From Escherichia coli (GTDB taxonomy: Bacteria > Pseudomonadota > Gammaproteobacteria > Enterobacterales > Enterobacteriaceae): a stretch of DNA of 64,000 bases. The stretch lies in NCBI RefSeq assembly GCF_044324875.1, contig NZ_CP172185.1. The stretch is one strand, 5' to 3'. The notes beneath the pieces are model-generated. The model was not told the DNA's origin, ran no database searches, and saw nothing but the letters and a program-made list of their open reading frames with translations. Positions within the stretch are counted from its first letter, which is position 1. Each line of letters begins with the position of its first letter. Positions 17,936 through 32,129 of the stretch are shown piece by piece. Position numbers and translations under genes: made by a program.

Positions 17936-18560
17936 CTGGTTGATATTTTCGAAATTCGCCAGCGGCGAACATCGGGGAAACCAGCCTAACCAGTTGATTC
18001 TTTCGGAAACAGCCATTGGCGGAATCCGGCGCGGTAACTTGCTGATATTCCCGATAACGCAAAATTGCGCTGGCTACATCCCTCACATCTGAGGACTGAT
18101 AATGCGACATTGCGCTGGCTGGCAAAGTGCAAAATTGCACGATGGCCTAACCCATTGATTATTTCGAAAACCTGCAATGCAGGAAATCGGGGAAGTAAGC
18201 CTAAGCTATTGATTCTTTCGGAAACCTCAATTTGAGGAAGTCGGCGCGGTAACTCGCTGAACTTAAAGCAAACCTCAAAATTGAGCTGGCTGAATAATCA
18301 TTATGATTACGCAGATGATTAAGGAATGACCGAAGGCGGAAATTCGCCTGTGGTTGATGGGGGAGTTGCAGATCTGCAACTCGACCATGAAACTACGGAA
18401 ACTACCCGTAGTTTGGGTAGTAAGAGTAACACCCAGATTTTGGGACTTACTCGTGATACCCAAATTTGGAGTATCGGTGGCAACCATAACGACTTTCGTT
18501 ACGGTTGATGCTTTTACCCCATTGGGGGAAAGGTATTACGATAATCATAACACCTACCGA
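17936..18560. repeat. Array of many distinct short palindromes in a diverged, duplicated scaffold (unknown function).
   Basis: Scaffold TTGAT(A/T)(T/A)TTTCGAAA...ATCGGGGAA..AGCCTAA occurs twice, and TTGATTCTTTCGGAAAC...TCGGCGCGGTAACT..GCTGA twice; different palindromes in each copy (e.g. TTCGCCAGCGGCGAA, CCTGCAATGCAGG, GTTGCAGATCTGCAAC). Full list in findings. Confidence 0.7.
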
Positions 18561-18720
18561 ACAGGTAAAGCCCACCAGCCTGATTGACATTTAACCGGAA
18601 AAAAAGCCAGGTAGCCCCGTTATGTGGATCCCCATATCGACAGCAACGCCCCCTTAAAATTACCCGCCTTTATATTTCTTGTGCCTATTTGTTCCACGTT
18701 GTTTCATACAGTGCGCCGAA

Positions 18721-18746
18721 CGGTGTAGTTAATGGTGTAGTTAATT
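18721..18746. repeat. attR core, direct repeat of attL.
   Basis: Identical 26-mer to 7612–7637. Confidence 0.65.
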
Positions 18747-18826
18747 TGCGATTTTTGGCACTTTTGTTTGTGTATATTTTTAATTAAATCAATACATTAA
18801 CTAATATCGGTGATAAAAGGGCATAT

Positions 18827-20287
18827 TTATTCATCTTTCGGCGCAGAATGCTGGCGACCAAAAATCACCTCCATCCGCGCACCGCCCAGCATGCTCTCTC
18901 CGGCGACGATTTTACCCTCATATTGCTCGGTGATTTCGCGGGCTACCGCCAGCCCTACACCTTGCCCAGGGCGTAAAGTATCAACCCGTTGACCACGGTC
19001 GAAAATGACCTCTCGCTTGCTTAATGGAATACCGGGGCCATCATCCTCGACCACAATATAGAGATGCTCGTCGGTTTGCCTTGCAGATATTTCGACAAAC
19101 TCGAGGCAATATTTACAGGCATTATCCAGCACGTTGCCCATCACCTCGACAAAATCGTTCTGCTCACCGACAAAGCTGATCTCTGGCGAAATATCGAGAG
19201 AGATATTGACCCCTTTGCGTTGATACACTTTGTTCAGCGCCGAGGTGAGATTGTCCAGCAGTGGGGCGACCGGATGTAGCTCGCGGCTAAGCAATGTCCC
19301 GCCGCGCATACTGGCACGATGCAGGTAGTAGCCAATTTGCTGTGAAATGCGACTGATTTGCTCCAGCATTACCGGCTCAGCATCACTGACGCTCATCTTC
19401 TCACTACGCAGAGAACGCAGCGTACTTTGCAGCACCGCCAGTGGCGTTTTCAGACTATGGGTCAGGTCGGTGAGCGTTGTACGATATTTGTCGTAACGTT
19501 CGCGTTCACTTTTTAACAATCGGTTCAGGTTTCGTACCAGACTGGTCAGTTCTCGCGTTGTGGCTGGATTGAGCAATTCGCGGTTATGTTCTTCCAGTTC
19601 GCGGACTTCTTTTGCCAGGGCTTCGATGGGGCGTAAACTCCACCTGGCGGCGACCCACAGCAGCGGGATCACTAACAGCAGATTGGCTGAGAGCACATAG
19701 ATAAACCAGCTCCAGACCATATAGGAACTTTTTAGCTCCACCGGAATGGTATCCACCACCACAATGGTCAACTTTGGCATCCGCGATGTTGCCGGGTAGA
19801 CGTTTACCGCCACCGAGTGGGTCATCTCCGCGTCGTCATCATCTTCCCGCACTTCCTGCAACTGTTGCTGTATCGAATGATCTCCACTCAGCAAGAGGCT
19901 GGTATCGTTAACATCCGCTTCAATTTCATGAAAACCATTCGATTTCAGCCAGTCAGGCTGGATCATCTTCATCAGCCAGGGCACGTCACGTTGCGCCCAT
20001 AAAAGCTGCCCGTTCTCATCATAAATTAGCGTCATAGTGGGGCTTTGCTTGTCGATATTTTCGGGTAACTCGACATGCAACTTATTGTTTTCCCACTTCG
20101 CAAGGGTATAGAACAGATTGCTCTCGCCACGTAACAGCCGAAACGTAGTTTTATCGAAACTGACGCTATAACCGATCAGCGCGACCATTCCGTAGGCAAG
20201 CGAAAGCACCAGTACAACCGCTGCCGTTGCCAATAGAAAACGTACCCGCAGCGAGAGCGGGAAAAAAAGACGCAGTAATTTTTTCAT
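18827..20287 (-). CDS. phoQ: Sensor histidine kinase PhoQ.
   Basis: 486-aa ORF; HAMP/histidine-kinase motifs ([17 protein letters not shown]); overlaps phoP stop. Confidence 0.95.
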   Translation of the reverse strand: MKKLLRLFFPLSLRVRFLLATAAVVLVLSLAYGMVALIGYSVSFDKTTFRLLRGESNLFYTLAKWENNKLHVELPENIDKQSPTMTLIYDENGQLLWAQRDVPWLMKMIQPDWLKSNGFHEIEADVNDTSLLLSGDHSIQQQLQEVREDDDDAEMTHSVAVNVYPATSRMPKLTIVVVDTIPVELKSSYMVWSWFIYVLSANLLLVIPLLWVAARWSLRPIEALAKEVRELEEHNRELLNPATTRELTSLVRNLNRLLKSERERYDKYRTTLTDLTHSLKTPLAVLQSTLRSLRSEKMSVSDAEPVMLEQISRISQQIGYYLHRASMRGGTLLSRELHPVAPLLDNLTSALNKVYQRKGVNISLDISPEISFVGEQNDFVEVMGNVLDNACKYCLEFVEISARQTDEHLYIVVEDDGPGIPLSKREVIFDRGQRVDTLRPGQGVGLAVAREITEQYEGKIVAGESMLGGARMEVIFGRQHSAPKDE

Positions 20288-20958
20288 CAGCGCAATTCGA
20301 ACAGATAGCCCTGGCCGCGAACGGTGGTAATCACTTCTTGCGGATATTGTGCCTGAATTTTTTTGCGCAGACGTCCCATCAGTACATCAATGGTATGGCT
20401 TTCCCGCAGCTCCGCATCCGGATAGAGTTGTAGCATTAACGAATCTTTGCTGACCACTTTGCCATTATTGCGTATCAACGTTTCCATAATGGTGTATTCG
20501 AACGCGGTCAGTTTAATCACTTCGTCATTAATAGATAATTCACGGCGGGAGAGATCAACCTGAAACGGGGGTAGCGAAATGACCTGTGAGGCCAGACCGC
20601 TATTACGCCGCATTAATGCCTGCATTCGCGCCATCACCTCTTCAATATGAAACGGTTTAGTCACGTAATCATCAGCACCGGCACTTAATACTTCGACTTT
20701 GTCCTGCCAGCTTTCACGGGCGGTTAATACCAGAATCGGCAGTGAAACATCATTGCTACGCCAGCGGCGAATCAGTGACAGACCGTCCTCGTCAGGCAAA
20801 CCGAGATCGACAATCGCAATATCCGGTAAATGTTCATTGAGATAATAATCGGCTTCTTTGGCATCTTCTGCGTCATCGACCTGATGACCAGCATCCTGAA
20901 TCTGAACTTTAAGATGGTGACGTAACAACGCATTGTCTTCAACAACCAGTACGCGCAT
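20287..20958 (-). CDS. phoP: Response regulator PhoP.
   Basis: 223 aa, [40 protein letters not shown]... Confidence 0.95.
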   Translation of the reverse strand: MRVLVVEDNALLRHHLKVQIQDAGHQVDDAEDAKEADYYLNEHLPDIAIVDLGLPDEDGLSLIRRWRSNDVSLPILVLTARESWQDKVEVLSAGADDYVTKPFHIEEVMARMQALMRRNSGLASQVISLPPFQVDLSRRELSINDEVIKLTAFEYTIMETLIRNNGKVVSKDSLMLQLYPDAELRESHTIDVLMGRLRKKIQAQYPQEVITTVRGQGYLFELR

Positions 20959-21016
20959 TTTTTATTTCTCCCTGTCTTAATTATTAAAATAGTGTAACGC
21001 GATTATGTGGTTATGG

Positions 21017-21036
21017 GGGTAAACATTAAATAAACC
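21017..21036 (-). promoter_or_regulatory. PhoP box (direct repeat (T/G)GTTTA-N5-TGTTTA) in the phoPQ promoter.
   Basis: Reverse complement reads GGTTTATTTAATGTTTACC, ~60 bp upstream of the phoP start. Confidence 0.55.
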
Positions 21037-21127
21037 AGCGGGGAGGGGAGGTAAAGTGAAAAAATAAAAAGTGGATAATCTTAATAAGCAGGCCGGACAG
21101 CATCGCCATCCGGCACTGATTTGAGGC

Positions 21128-22501
<1,374 letters not shown>

Positions 22502-23149
22502 TCACAACTCCGGGGTTAAATGAGCAAGAATTTGTTTTGCCTGAGTGGTCAGGCGATTACGAGAAAACATCAGTTGCAGACGTCCGCCGCCGACCTGGTG
22601 CCAGAGCACGGCGGCGCGAATGCCTGCCAGCAGGGTAGCGCGAACTTTCGCCTGCACCTGTGGGCTTTGCAGTACAGCAGGGGAACCGGTGACCTGAATG
22701 CGCGGGCCAAGCGGGCTGATAACATCAACATAGATAGCAGCCATCGCGCTCATCAGCGTTTCGGACTGTAAATCGAAGTGTTCGAGCTGTCGTTGCAGGC
22801 CGTTGATCCGGTTGCCCAGAGTGTCGAGCGCGCCTTTCGCTGAGGAAAGTTTGCGCTCAAGCACCATCAGGCTGAGTGTGTAGCGGGTTAATTCGGCGTT
22901 TAAGCCCTGGCGACTGCTGGCATTGAGCACGCCGAGCAAGGTTTCCAGCCCGACGCGCAGGTTGGCTTCGCTACCGCCAAAAACCGCCAGCGTCGAGCTG
23001 GGGTTCATATCAATAATACTGTTGAGTGAGACGTGTAGCGCATCGGCATCACAATGCCCCTGGTGAGCGAGTTGTTGCACCAGGCGTGCCGACTGACAAA
23101 TACCGGCCAGGGCGAGGGTGATGTCATAGTAATTCTTTGCCACGTTCAC
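22502..23149 (-). CDS. hflD: High-frequency lysogenization protein HflD.
   Basis: ORF matching HflD (..[26 protein letters not shown]..); true start may be the GTG at 23143. Confidence 0.9.
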   Translation of the reverse strand: MNVAKNYYDITLALAGICQSARLVQQLAHQGHCDADALHVSLNSIIDMNPSSTLAVFGGSEANLRVGLETLLGVLNASSRQGLNAELTRYTLSLMVLERKLSSAKGALDTLGNRINGLQRQLEHFDLQSETLMSAMAAIYVDVISPLGPRIQVTGSPAVLQSPQVQAKVRATLLAGIRAAVLWHQVGGGRLQLMFSRNRLTTQAKQILAHLTPEL

Positions 23150-23178
23150 TGCTTCCTTGTTTTAAGTAAAGATAATAA

Positions 23179-24800
<1,622 letters not shown>

Positions 24801-24809
24801 TTTGCATCC

Positions 24810-25463
24810 TTAATCTGTCACTTCTCGCCATTCGCCATTGGCAAGATTATCCAAAGAGTAATCACCCATCGCATAGCGAATCAGTCGCAGCGTGGGGAAA
24901 CCAACATGGGCGGTCATACGACGCACCTGGCGATTACGTCCTTCATATAAGGTGATCTTCAGCCAGCTGGTGGGAATACTTTTGCGTTCACGAATTGGTG
25001 GATTCCGCGGCCATAACCACGCGGGTTCTTCAACCAGCTCCGCGCCTGCGGGCAGGGTAGGGCCATCATTTAAGGTTACGCCATTGCGCAAGGCTTCAAG
25101 TGCGTCTTGTGTGGGAATACCTTCCACCTGCACATAATAGATTTTTCCGGTGCGTTTACCCGGCTGGGTTAAACGCGCCTGCAACGCGCCGTTATTGGTC
25201 AGCACCAGTAACCCTTCGCTATCGCGGTCAAGACGACCTGCTGCATAAACGCCCTGAACCGGGATGAATTCTTTTAATGTTTTGCGTCCGGCTTCATCGG
25301 TGAACTGCGGAAGAACATCGTAGGGTTTATTGAACAGGATCACACGCGTGGGCTGGTTTTCAGGTTTACGCCTGGTAGAACGTTGCGAGCTGAATCGCTT
25401 AACCTGGTGATTTCTAAAAGAAGTTTTTTGCATGGTATTTTCAGAGATTATGAATTGCCGCAT
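24810..25463 (-). CDS. rluE: 23S rRNA pseudouridine(2457) synthase RluE.
   Basis: 217 aa with RsuA-family motifs ([17 protein letters not shown]). Confidence 0.9.
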   Translation of the reverse strand: MRQFIISENTMQKTSFRNHQVKRFSSQRSTRRKPENQPTRVILFNKPYDVLPQFTDEAGRKTLKEFIPVQGVYAAGRLDRDSEGLLVLTNNGALQARLTQPGKRTGKIYYVQVEGIPTQDALEALRNGVTLNDGPTLPAGAELVEEPAWLWPRNPPIRERKSIPTSWLKITLYEGRNRQVRRMTAHVGFPTLRLIRYAMGDYSLDNLANGEWREVTD

Positions 25464-25640
25464 TATAGCCTAATAACGCGCATCTTTCATGACGGCAAAC
25501 AATAGGGTAGTATTGACAAGCCAATTACAAATCATTAACAAAAAATTGCTCTAAAGCATCCGTATCGCAGGACGCAAATGCATATGCATATGCAACGTGG
25601 TGGCAGACGAGCAAACCAGTAGCGCTCGAAGGAGAGGTGA

Positions 25641-26891
25641 ATGGAAAGTAAAGTAGTTGTTCCGGCACAAGGCAAGAAGATCACCCTGCAAAACGGCAAA
25701 CTCAACGTTCCTGAAAATCCGATTATCCCTTACATTGAAGGTGATGGAATCGGTGTAGATGTAACCCCAGCCATGCTGAAAGTGGTCGACGCTGCAGTCG
25801 AGAAAGCCTATAAAGGCGAGCGTAAAATCTCCTGGATGGAAATTTACACCGGTGAAAAATCCACACAGGTTTATGGTCAGGATGTCTGGCTACCTGCTGA
25901 AACCCTTGATCTGATTCGTGAATATCGCGTTGCCATCAAAGGCCCGCTGACCACTCCGGTTGGTGGCGGTATTCGCTCTCTGAACGTTGCCCTGCGCCAG
26001 GAGCTGGATCTCTATATCTGCCTGCGTCCGGTACGTTACTACCAGGGCACCCCAAGCCCGGTTAAACACCCTGAACTGACCGATATGGTTATCTTCCGTG
26101 AAAACTCGGAAGACATTTATGCGGGTATCGAATGGAAAGCAGACTCTGCCGACGCTGAGAAAGTGATTAAATTCCTGCGTGAAGAGATGGGCGTGAAGAA
26201 AATTCGCTTCCCGGAACATTGCGGCATCGGTATTAAGCCGTGTTCTGAAGAAGGCACCAAACGTCTGGTTCGTGCAGCGATCGAATACGCAATTGCTAAC
26301 GATCGTGACTCTGTGACCCTGGTGCACAAAGGCAACATCATGAAATTCACCGAAGGCGCGTTTAAAGACTGGGGCTACCAGCTGGCGCGTGAAGAGTTTG
26401 GCGGTGAACTGATCGACGGCGGCCCGTGGCTGAAAGTTAAAAACCCGAATACCGGCAAAGAGATCGTCATTAAAGACGTGATTGCTGATGCATTCCTGCA
26501 ACAGATCCTGCTGCGTCCGGCTGAATATGACGTTATCGCCTGTATGAACCTGAACGGTGACTACATTTCTGACGCCCTGGCAGCGCAGGTTGGCGGTATC
26601 GGTATCGCCCCTGGCGCAAACATCGGTGATGAATGCGCCCTGTTTGAAGCCACCCACGGTACTGCGCCGAAATATGCCGGTCAGGACAAAGTAAACCCAG
26701 GCTCTATTATTCTCTCCGCTGAGATGATGTTACGCCATATGGGTTGGACTGAAGCCGCAGACCTGATTGTTAAAGGTATGGAAGGCGCGATCAACGCGAA
26801 GACTGTAACCTATGACTTCGAACGTCTGATGGAAGGCGCTAAACTGCTGAAATGTTCAGAGTTTGGTGATGCGATCATCAAGAACATGTAA
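25641..26891 (+). CDS. icd: Isocitrate dehydrogenase (NADP).
   Basis: 416 aa, [41 protein letters not shown]... Confidence 0.97.
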   Translation: MESKVVVPAQGKKITLQNGKLNVPENPIIPYIEGDGIGVDVTPAMLKVVDAAVEKAYKGERKISWMEIYTGEKSTQVYGQDVWLPAETLDLIREYRVAIKGPLTTPVGGGIRSLNVALRQELDLYICLRPVRYYQGTPSPVKHPELTDMVIFRENSEDIYAGIEWKADSADAEKVIKFLREEMGVKKIRFPEHCGIGIKPCSEEGTKRLVRAAIEYAIANDRDSVTLVHKGNIMKFTEGAFKDWGYQLAREEFGGELIDGGPWLKVKNPNTGKEIVIKDVIADAFLQQILLRPAEYDVIACMNLNGDYISDALAAQVGGIGIAPGANIGDECALFEATHGTAPKYAGQDKVNPGSIILSAEMMLRHMGWTEAADLIVKGMEGAINAKTVTYDFERLMEGAKLLKCSEFGDAIIKNM

Positions 26892-26896
26892 TCACT

Positions 26897-26938
26897 ACAT
26901 GTGTTAAATATTGAAACGGGCGTATAACACGCCCGTTG
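26897..26938 (+). terminator. icd terminator hairpin, copy 1 of a duplicated ~42-bp sequence.
   Basis: ACATGTGTTAAATATTGAAACGGGCGTATAACACGCCCGTTG (stem AACGGGCGT / ACGCCCGTT) followed by a T-rich run. Confidence 0.7.
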
Positions 26939-26993
26939 TTTTATTTATGTGGATATTATTAATAGCATGTCGAGCATATTTATATGAAGCCCA

Positions 26994-27317
26994 TTACTTG
27001 AGTCCATATGGGCATATTTTTATAATACAACTATTATGCAAACATTTATTTGGTATTTCGCTTTCTCCTGGAGGACACTCTTGACTGCTTTTGAGTAAAC
27101 TCCATAAATCCTTGTTGAATGGTGTTATGTTATAAATAGTAATAGGGTATTCTTTATCCTTAAAGATAATACCAGACTTAACCGGTGTAAATATACTTCC
27201 AGGAGGGAGAAATATAGTAGATTGATACCAGATGATCATTTTCATATCACCCCATATGGCTGAAAAAGATATGCCGCATGTAGGTTGAATTACCGTGTCA
27301 ATTACTATCCACTTCAT
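26994..27317 (-). CDS. iraM: Anti-adaptor protein IraM (RpoS stabiliser).
   Basis: 107 aa, [43 protein letters not shown]...; AT-rich context. Confidence 0.85.
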   Translation of the reverse strand: MKWIVIDTVIQPTCGISFSAIWGDMKMIIWYQSTIFLPPGSIFTPVKSGIIFKDKEYPITIYNITPFNKDLWSLLKSSQECPPGESEIPNKCLHNSCIIKICPYGLK

Positions 27318-27761
27318 TTGTTATGTCTTATCCCACGGTATTTAATATGGTTCATTAGGATGTTTATTTCTTGATTTTGCATATGAGTATATTACCCCCT
27401 CAAAAAACAAATTAATTAAAAATTAAAACCATTGTTTAGATAAAACAAAATTTAAAGCAAGAAATCTCAATAGATATTAAACAAAATGAGATTTAGTGAA
27501 AACATTAAATTATTCACTTCGTTTTAGATTTGTTTAGCTAAAATGTTATACATTCAAATGACTGAACATCCTGTAATTAAAACATAGCCTTTATACTACT
27601 TTGTGCCAATTTGCTAAACATTATGGTTGGCCTTTTATTTAACGATAATGACGAATATAAGCATAACATGAGAATAAGATTTCAGTTTTTTAGTTATATA
27701 GGAATGGTTTAACCCATTCCTGGCTAAAATACATATAACTGGATGATGACTAAACCAAAAC

Positions 27762-27804
27762 ACATGTGCGTTAAGTATTGAAACGGGCGTATGGCACGCC
27801 CGTT
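27762..27804 (+). repeat. Second copy of the icd-terminator sequence, interrupted at its 3' end by IS2.
   Basis: ACACATGTGCGTTAAGTATTGAAACGGGCGTATGGCACGCCCGTTG; the continuation TTTTTTATAAAT resumes after IS2 at ~29151. Confidence 0.6.
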
Positions 27805-27896
27805 GTAGACTGGCCCCCTGAATCTCCAGACAACCAGTATCACTTAAATAAGTGATAGTCTTAATACTAGTTTTTAGACTAGTCATTGGAGAACAG

Positions 27897-28262
27897 ATGA
27901 TTGATGTCTTAGGGCCGGAGAAACGCAGACGGCGTACCACACAGGAAAAGATCGCAATTGTTCAGCAGAGCTTTGAACCGGGGATGACGGTCTCCCTCGT
28001 TGCCCGGCAACATGGTGTAGCAGCCAGCCAGTTATTTCTCTGGCGTAAGCAATACCAGGAAGGAAGTCTTACTGCTGTCGCCGCCGGAGAACAGGTTGTT
28101 CCTGCCTCTGAACTTGCTGCCGCCATGAAGCAGATTAAAGAACTCCAGCGCCTGCTCGGCAAGAAAACGATGGAAAATGAACTCCTCAAAGAAGCCGTTG
28201 AATATGGACGGGCAAAAAAGTGGATAGCGCACGCGCCCTTATTGCCCGGGGATGGGGAGTAA
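27897..28262 (+). CDS. insC: IS2 transposase OrfA (InsC).
   Basis: [56 protein letters not shown]... Confidence 0.9.
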
Positions 28263-29125
28263 GCTTAGTCAGCCGTTGTCTCCGGGTGTCGCGTGCGCAG
28301 TTGCACGTCATTCTCAGACGAACCGATGACTGGATGGATGGCCGCCGCAGTCGTCACACTGATGATACGGATGTGCTTCTCCGTATACACCATGTTATCG
28401 GAGAGCTGCCAACGTATGGTTATCGTCGGGTATGGGCGCTGCTTCGCAGACAGGCAGAACTTGATGGTATGCCTGCGATCAATGCCAAACGTGTTTACCG
28501 GATCATGCGCCAGAATGCGCTGTTGCTTGAGCGAAAACCTGCTGTACCGCCATCGAAACGGGCACATACAGGCAGAGTGGCTGTGAAAGAAAGTAATCAG
28601 CGATGGTGCTCTGACGGGTTCGAGTTCCGCTGTGATAACGGAGAAAAACTGCGAGTCACGTTCGCGCTGGACTGCTGTGACCGTGAGGCACTGCACTGGG
28701 CGGTCACTACGGGCGGCTTCAACAGTGAAACAGTACAGGACGTCATGCTGGGAGCGGTGGAACGCCGCTTCGGCAACGAGCTTCCGGCGTCTCCAGTAGA
28801 GTGGCTGACGGATAATGGTTCATGCTACCGGGCTAATGAAACACGGCAGTTTGCCCGGATGTTGGGGCTTGAACCGAAGAGCACGGCGGTGCGGAGTCCG
28901 GAGAGTAACGGCATAGCAGAGAGCTTCGTGAAAACGATAAAGCGTGACTACATCAGTGTCATGCCCAAACCAGACGGGTTAACGGCAGCAAAGAACCTTG
29001 CAGAGGCGTTCGAGCATTATAACGAATGGCATCCGCATAGTGCACTGGGTTATCGCTCGCCACGGGAATATCTACGGCAGCAAGCCAGTAATGGGTTAAG
29101 TGATAACAGGTGTCTGGAAATATAG
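28220..29125 (+). CDS. insD: IS2 transposase OrfB (InsD, DDE domain); expressed as an OrfAB fusion by -1 frameshifting.
   Basis: 301-aa ORF overlapping orfA in the -1 frame. Confidence 0.9.
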
Positions 29126-29356
29126 GGGCAAATCCACGTTGTTTTTTATAAATATGTTAACCGCTATAAAATAACGTATAGAAAGTCAAGTGATCACATT
29201 TCAAATATCAAGTTGATAGTATTGATCTGGTGATTATTTATGGGTGGCAATAAAAAGATAGTATTACTCATCCATATGAATAGTCTCTGCACTTTTATTT
29301 CCATTATGCTAATGCCTTACTGAATTATGAAGCATTTTTTAAGCGTCCAACTTTAG

Positions 29357-29761
29357 CTAGATTAATGGTTTATTATTTTCTACATCTTCAATATATAAAA
29401 GCGTATTATCAATGGTGTAGTAACTGCGTTTGTTATGATTAACATCAGTAACCCACCGGAAAACGCCCGCGTCTGCCAGTGTTGAACAGTATTCCCGAAA
29501 TGTTGATTTTCCGCAAATATGAAGCAATGCGGCCTCTTTTATTTTAGCAGGGTTCTTGGTCGTACTAACTTTTAACAGGTTCCTGGTTCCTCTTAATAAC
29601 AAAACCGTGTCATCGTGAGTAATAATTCTGATGTTATCCGTAGCCAGATAATAAATGTAATGTGCAATACGGTGATGTTTTAATTCTGAATAAAACCAGG
29701 AGAAGTTTTGCTCTTTTCTCACTTGCTCAAACATCTTTTGAAAAACAACAACCTGATCCAT
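29357..29761 (-). CDS. ycgX: DUF1398-family protein YcgX.
   Basis: 134-aa ORF in the K-12-syntenic position between iraM and bluR. Confidence 0.8.
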   Translation of the reverse strand: MDQVVVFQKMFEQVRKEQNFSWFYSELKHHRIAHYIYYLATDNIRIITHDDTVLLLRGTRNLLKVSTTKNPAKIKEAALLHICGKSTFREYCSTLADAGVFRWVTDVNHNKRSYYTIDNTLLYIEDVENNKPLI

Positions 29762-29981
29762 CAGGATAATAACCTCTTGTTAGTTGTGAGACTGCGTAGT
29801 GTGCACGATCGGTTTTACCACTTCAATCTGGTCTGTCCTTTGGCTGTGATATGTACAAAGTGTGAAAGGGGAATTACCTGAATTCTCCCGGTGAGCATTT
29901 TGCAACGGACCAGCTCCGGTACAAACGCTGTTGTGGGTTCAGATTATAACATTCTGTCTAAGGGGCGGGATAAAGGTGAAA

Positions 29982-30713
29982 TTAGGGGGTATGAAAGATG
30001 ACTTTATAACCTTGCTCACCCCAATGTTGTAAAAGTTCGTTTTGCCTTCTCGTTGGTGCCATGCCTGTCCAGACAATCAATGTTTGCGTCGGGAACAGTT
30101 CCGGGCGCGGCGATTCAATGGGATCAGCAAGAACAGAAATGTGCCATCCTGATAATGATAAACGCCATGCTTCCAGCCACAATCGGGCTCTCTCTTCAAC
30201 ATTCCACGCCATCAGAATGGCTTCTTTACCGGGCTTACGACGCATTTCGAAAAGCGAGGCTGCTGCGTATTCAATTAATGCGCCGTCAAACATACTGCTC
30301 ATAATGCGGGAGGTGTTGTGATCAAGCACGAGACGCTGACGAACAGGAAGGTAAACATGATTAATCAATTGATCTACCGGGTACTCTCGACCCAGTGAAA
30401 TAATTCTCGCGCGTAGTTTGGCAGGATTAGCCATACGAAGAATTGACATCATCTCTTCTTGCAGGCGGCTCCAGTCATCTTCCGTATCCTGGCTGGTGGT
30501 TTCCAGTAATGCTTTAACTTTGCCTACAGGGACGCCATTACTTATCCAACGCTTGATCTCTTCGATGCGTTGTATGTCTTCTTCATCAAAGAGTCGGTGT
30601 CCGCCTTCACTGCGCTGTGGTTTTAACAAACCGTAGCGGCGTTGCCAGGCCCGGAGAGTGACAGGATTAATCCCGCAACGTTCAGCAACATCACCAATGC
30701 TGTAATAAGCCAC
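29982..30713 (-). CDS. bluR: MerR-family repressor BluR (YcgE).
   Basis: 243 aa, N-terminal Mer[36 protein letters not shown]. Confidence 0.9.
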   Translation of the reverse strand: MAYYSIGDVAERCGINPVTLRAWQRRYGLLKPQRSEGGHRLFDEEDIQRIEEIKRWISNGVPVGKVKALLETTSQDTEDDWSRLQEEMMSILRMANPAKLRARIISLGREYPVDQLINHVYLPVRQRLVLDHNTSRIMSSMFDGALIEYAAASLFEMRRKPGKEAILMAWNVEERARLWLEAWRLSLSGWHISVLADPIESPRPELFPTQTLIVWTGMAPTRRQNELLQHWGEQGYKVIFHTP

Positions 30714-30917
30714 AATTCCTCCTTGCGGTCATAAATCTCCGTCGCCTGTACACGACCCAATAATACTTTGTACAATATACGCTAAAATTGTACAAAGTAT
30801 AAATAAGATTTCAGCTAAATTGGATGAAACATTATTTTTAATGTGGATTAAATTAAAACATAACGTATTCATTTTCACGATGATTTCCAGAAATCATGCG
30901 AAATAATGTGCTGAAAA

Positions 30918-32129
30918 TTATTTTTTCTCCGGCCACGCAACTGAAGGGATACCATTCAATTTAGCTTTGGCAAACAGATCTCCCTGAAACATCTCAATTC
31001 CTGCAGATTCAAGCCACATCCACTCTTCTGGTGTTGTCACACCCATAGCAGAGACTTGAATTTCAAGTGATGTACAGCATTTTATGATCGCCTGAATAAT
31101 TGCCTGCCGTGGCCCGCTTTTATGAACGTTGGTAATCAATTCCTGACTGATTTTAATTCTGTCAGGCTGGAAGCGTGACAGGAGTAACAAACCGGCAAAA
31201 CCTGCGCCAAAATGATCAATTGCTACACTGATACCGGCAGCCTTTAGCGATTTAACCGCTTCGGCAAACTCATCAAACCGAGATATGACTTCACTTTCAG
31301 TAAATTCAACGATGATTTGTTCCGGCACCAGACCATTGGCCTTTATTTCATCAAGTAAAAAAGAGACTGCGTCAGGCTCGTTAACCAGGGTCATAGGTAA
31401 TAGATTGATTGAAATCATTTTATCACCGAGGTCAAGTGCGTGTGCCATCGCGAATGCAAGCGCCTTACTTTTGAGATCCGCTGTGTAGATTTCCCCTTCT
31501 TTACGCTGCCCAACCGCTATAGCTGACGGGCTGTCTTCATTTTTTTGCACAATGGCTTCAAAAGCGATTATCCGCCGCGATAAGGGATCGACAATAGGAT
31601 GAAAGGCAAAGTGGTCGTTTATATTTGGTGAAAGGGTGCAGGAATCAAGTTCTTTATCAGATCCGTCAGCGATAAAAAGCCAGGAGTCTTCAGCAGGGAT
31701 CTCGAAATAGGTTGATTGTTCGGTTGCAAGGACAAAAGTACGAAAAAATTGTAGCGCTCTGTCATCATAGGTTAGCTGAAATTTTGATGTACCCTTGTCG
31801 AATACGGCCTGTAAAACGTCATCTCGCTCGTGCAGGCGTAAATCAAATAATTCCATTCCTGCTTTGCCAAAACGGCGAGCAGGCGCGTAATCGCACAACA
31901 GTTCAACAATATTATAGTGCCGTGGATCCTGACATATAGCCCGATATATCAGTTGAACCTGTTCTTCCGGACCTTCCAAAAGCTGGAAAAAATGGGAACC
32001 ATTAAACAGTAAGATCCCTGTTACGTCAGACTGCATGTTTCTGCGATTTGCTATCGAAACCATTTCTTCGATTTTTTTGACAGGTTCGTCGTCACGTATA
32101 TGGCTACGATAAATAAGGGTGGTAAGCAT
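30918..32129 (-). CDS. bluF: Blue-light sensor BluF (BLUF plus degenerate EAL domain; YcgF).
   Basis: ORF 30918..32207; start taken at MLTTLIYRSHIRDDEP (403 aa). Confidence 0.9.
   Translation of the reverse strand: MLTTLIYRSHIRDDEPVKKIEEMVSIANRRNMQSDVTGILLFNGSHFFQLLEGPEEQVQLIYRAICQDPRHYNIVELLCDYAPARRFGKAGMELFDLRLHERDDVLQAVFDKGTSKFQLTYDDRALQFFRTFVLATEQSTYFEIPAEDSWLFIADGSDKELDSCTLSPNINDHFAFHPIVDPLSRRIIAFEAIVQKNEDSPSAIAVGQRKEGEIYTADLKSKALAFAMAHALDLGDKMISINLLPMTLVNEPDAVSFLLDEIKANGLVPEQIIVEFTESEVISRFDEFAEAVKSLKAAGISVAIDHFGAGFAGLLLLSRFQPDRIKISQELITNVHKSGPRQAIIQAIIKCCTSLEIQVSAMGVTTPEEWMWLESAGIEMFQGDLFAKAKLNGIPSVAWPEKK

Larger units (their letters stand above)
27805..29147 (+). mobile_element. IS2 insertion sequence (IS3 family) with a 5-bp target duplication CGTTG.
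   Basis: Left end TAGACTGGCCCCCTGAATCTCCAGACAACCAGTATCACTTAAATAAGTGATAG..., right end ...CTGGAAATATAGGGGCAAATCCA; CGTTG at 27800–27804 and 29148–29152. Confidence 0.9.

Noticed and set aside
17936-18560. Possible CRISPR array.
   Set aside because: The repeated scaffolds are long and diverged, the variable inserts are themselves palindromes of 10–16 bp, spacing is irregular, and there are no cas genes or leader.
26892-27800. Expected e14 prophage at the icd 3' end.
   Set aside because: No e14 genes (lit, intE, pin, mcrA, etc.) are present; icd is followed directly by its terminator and iraM.
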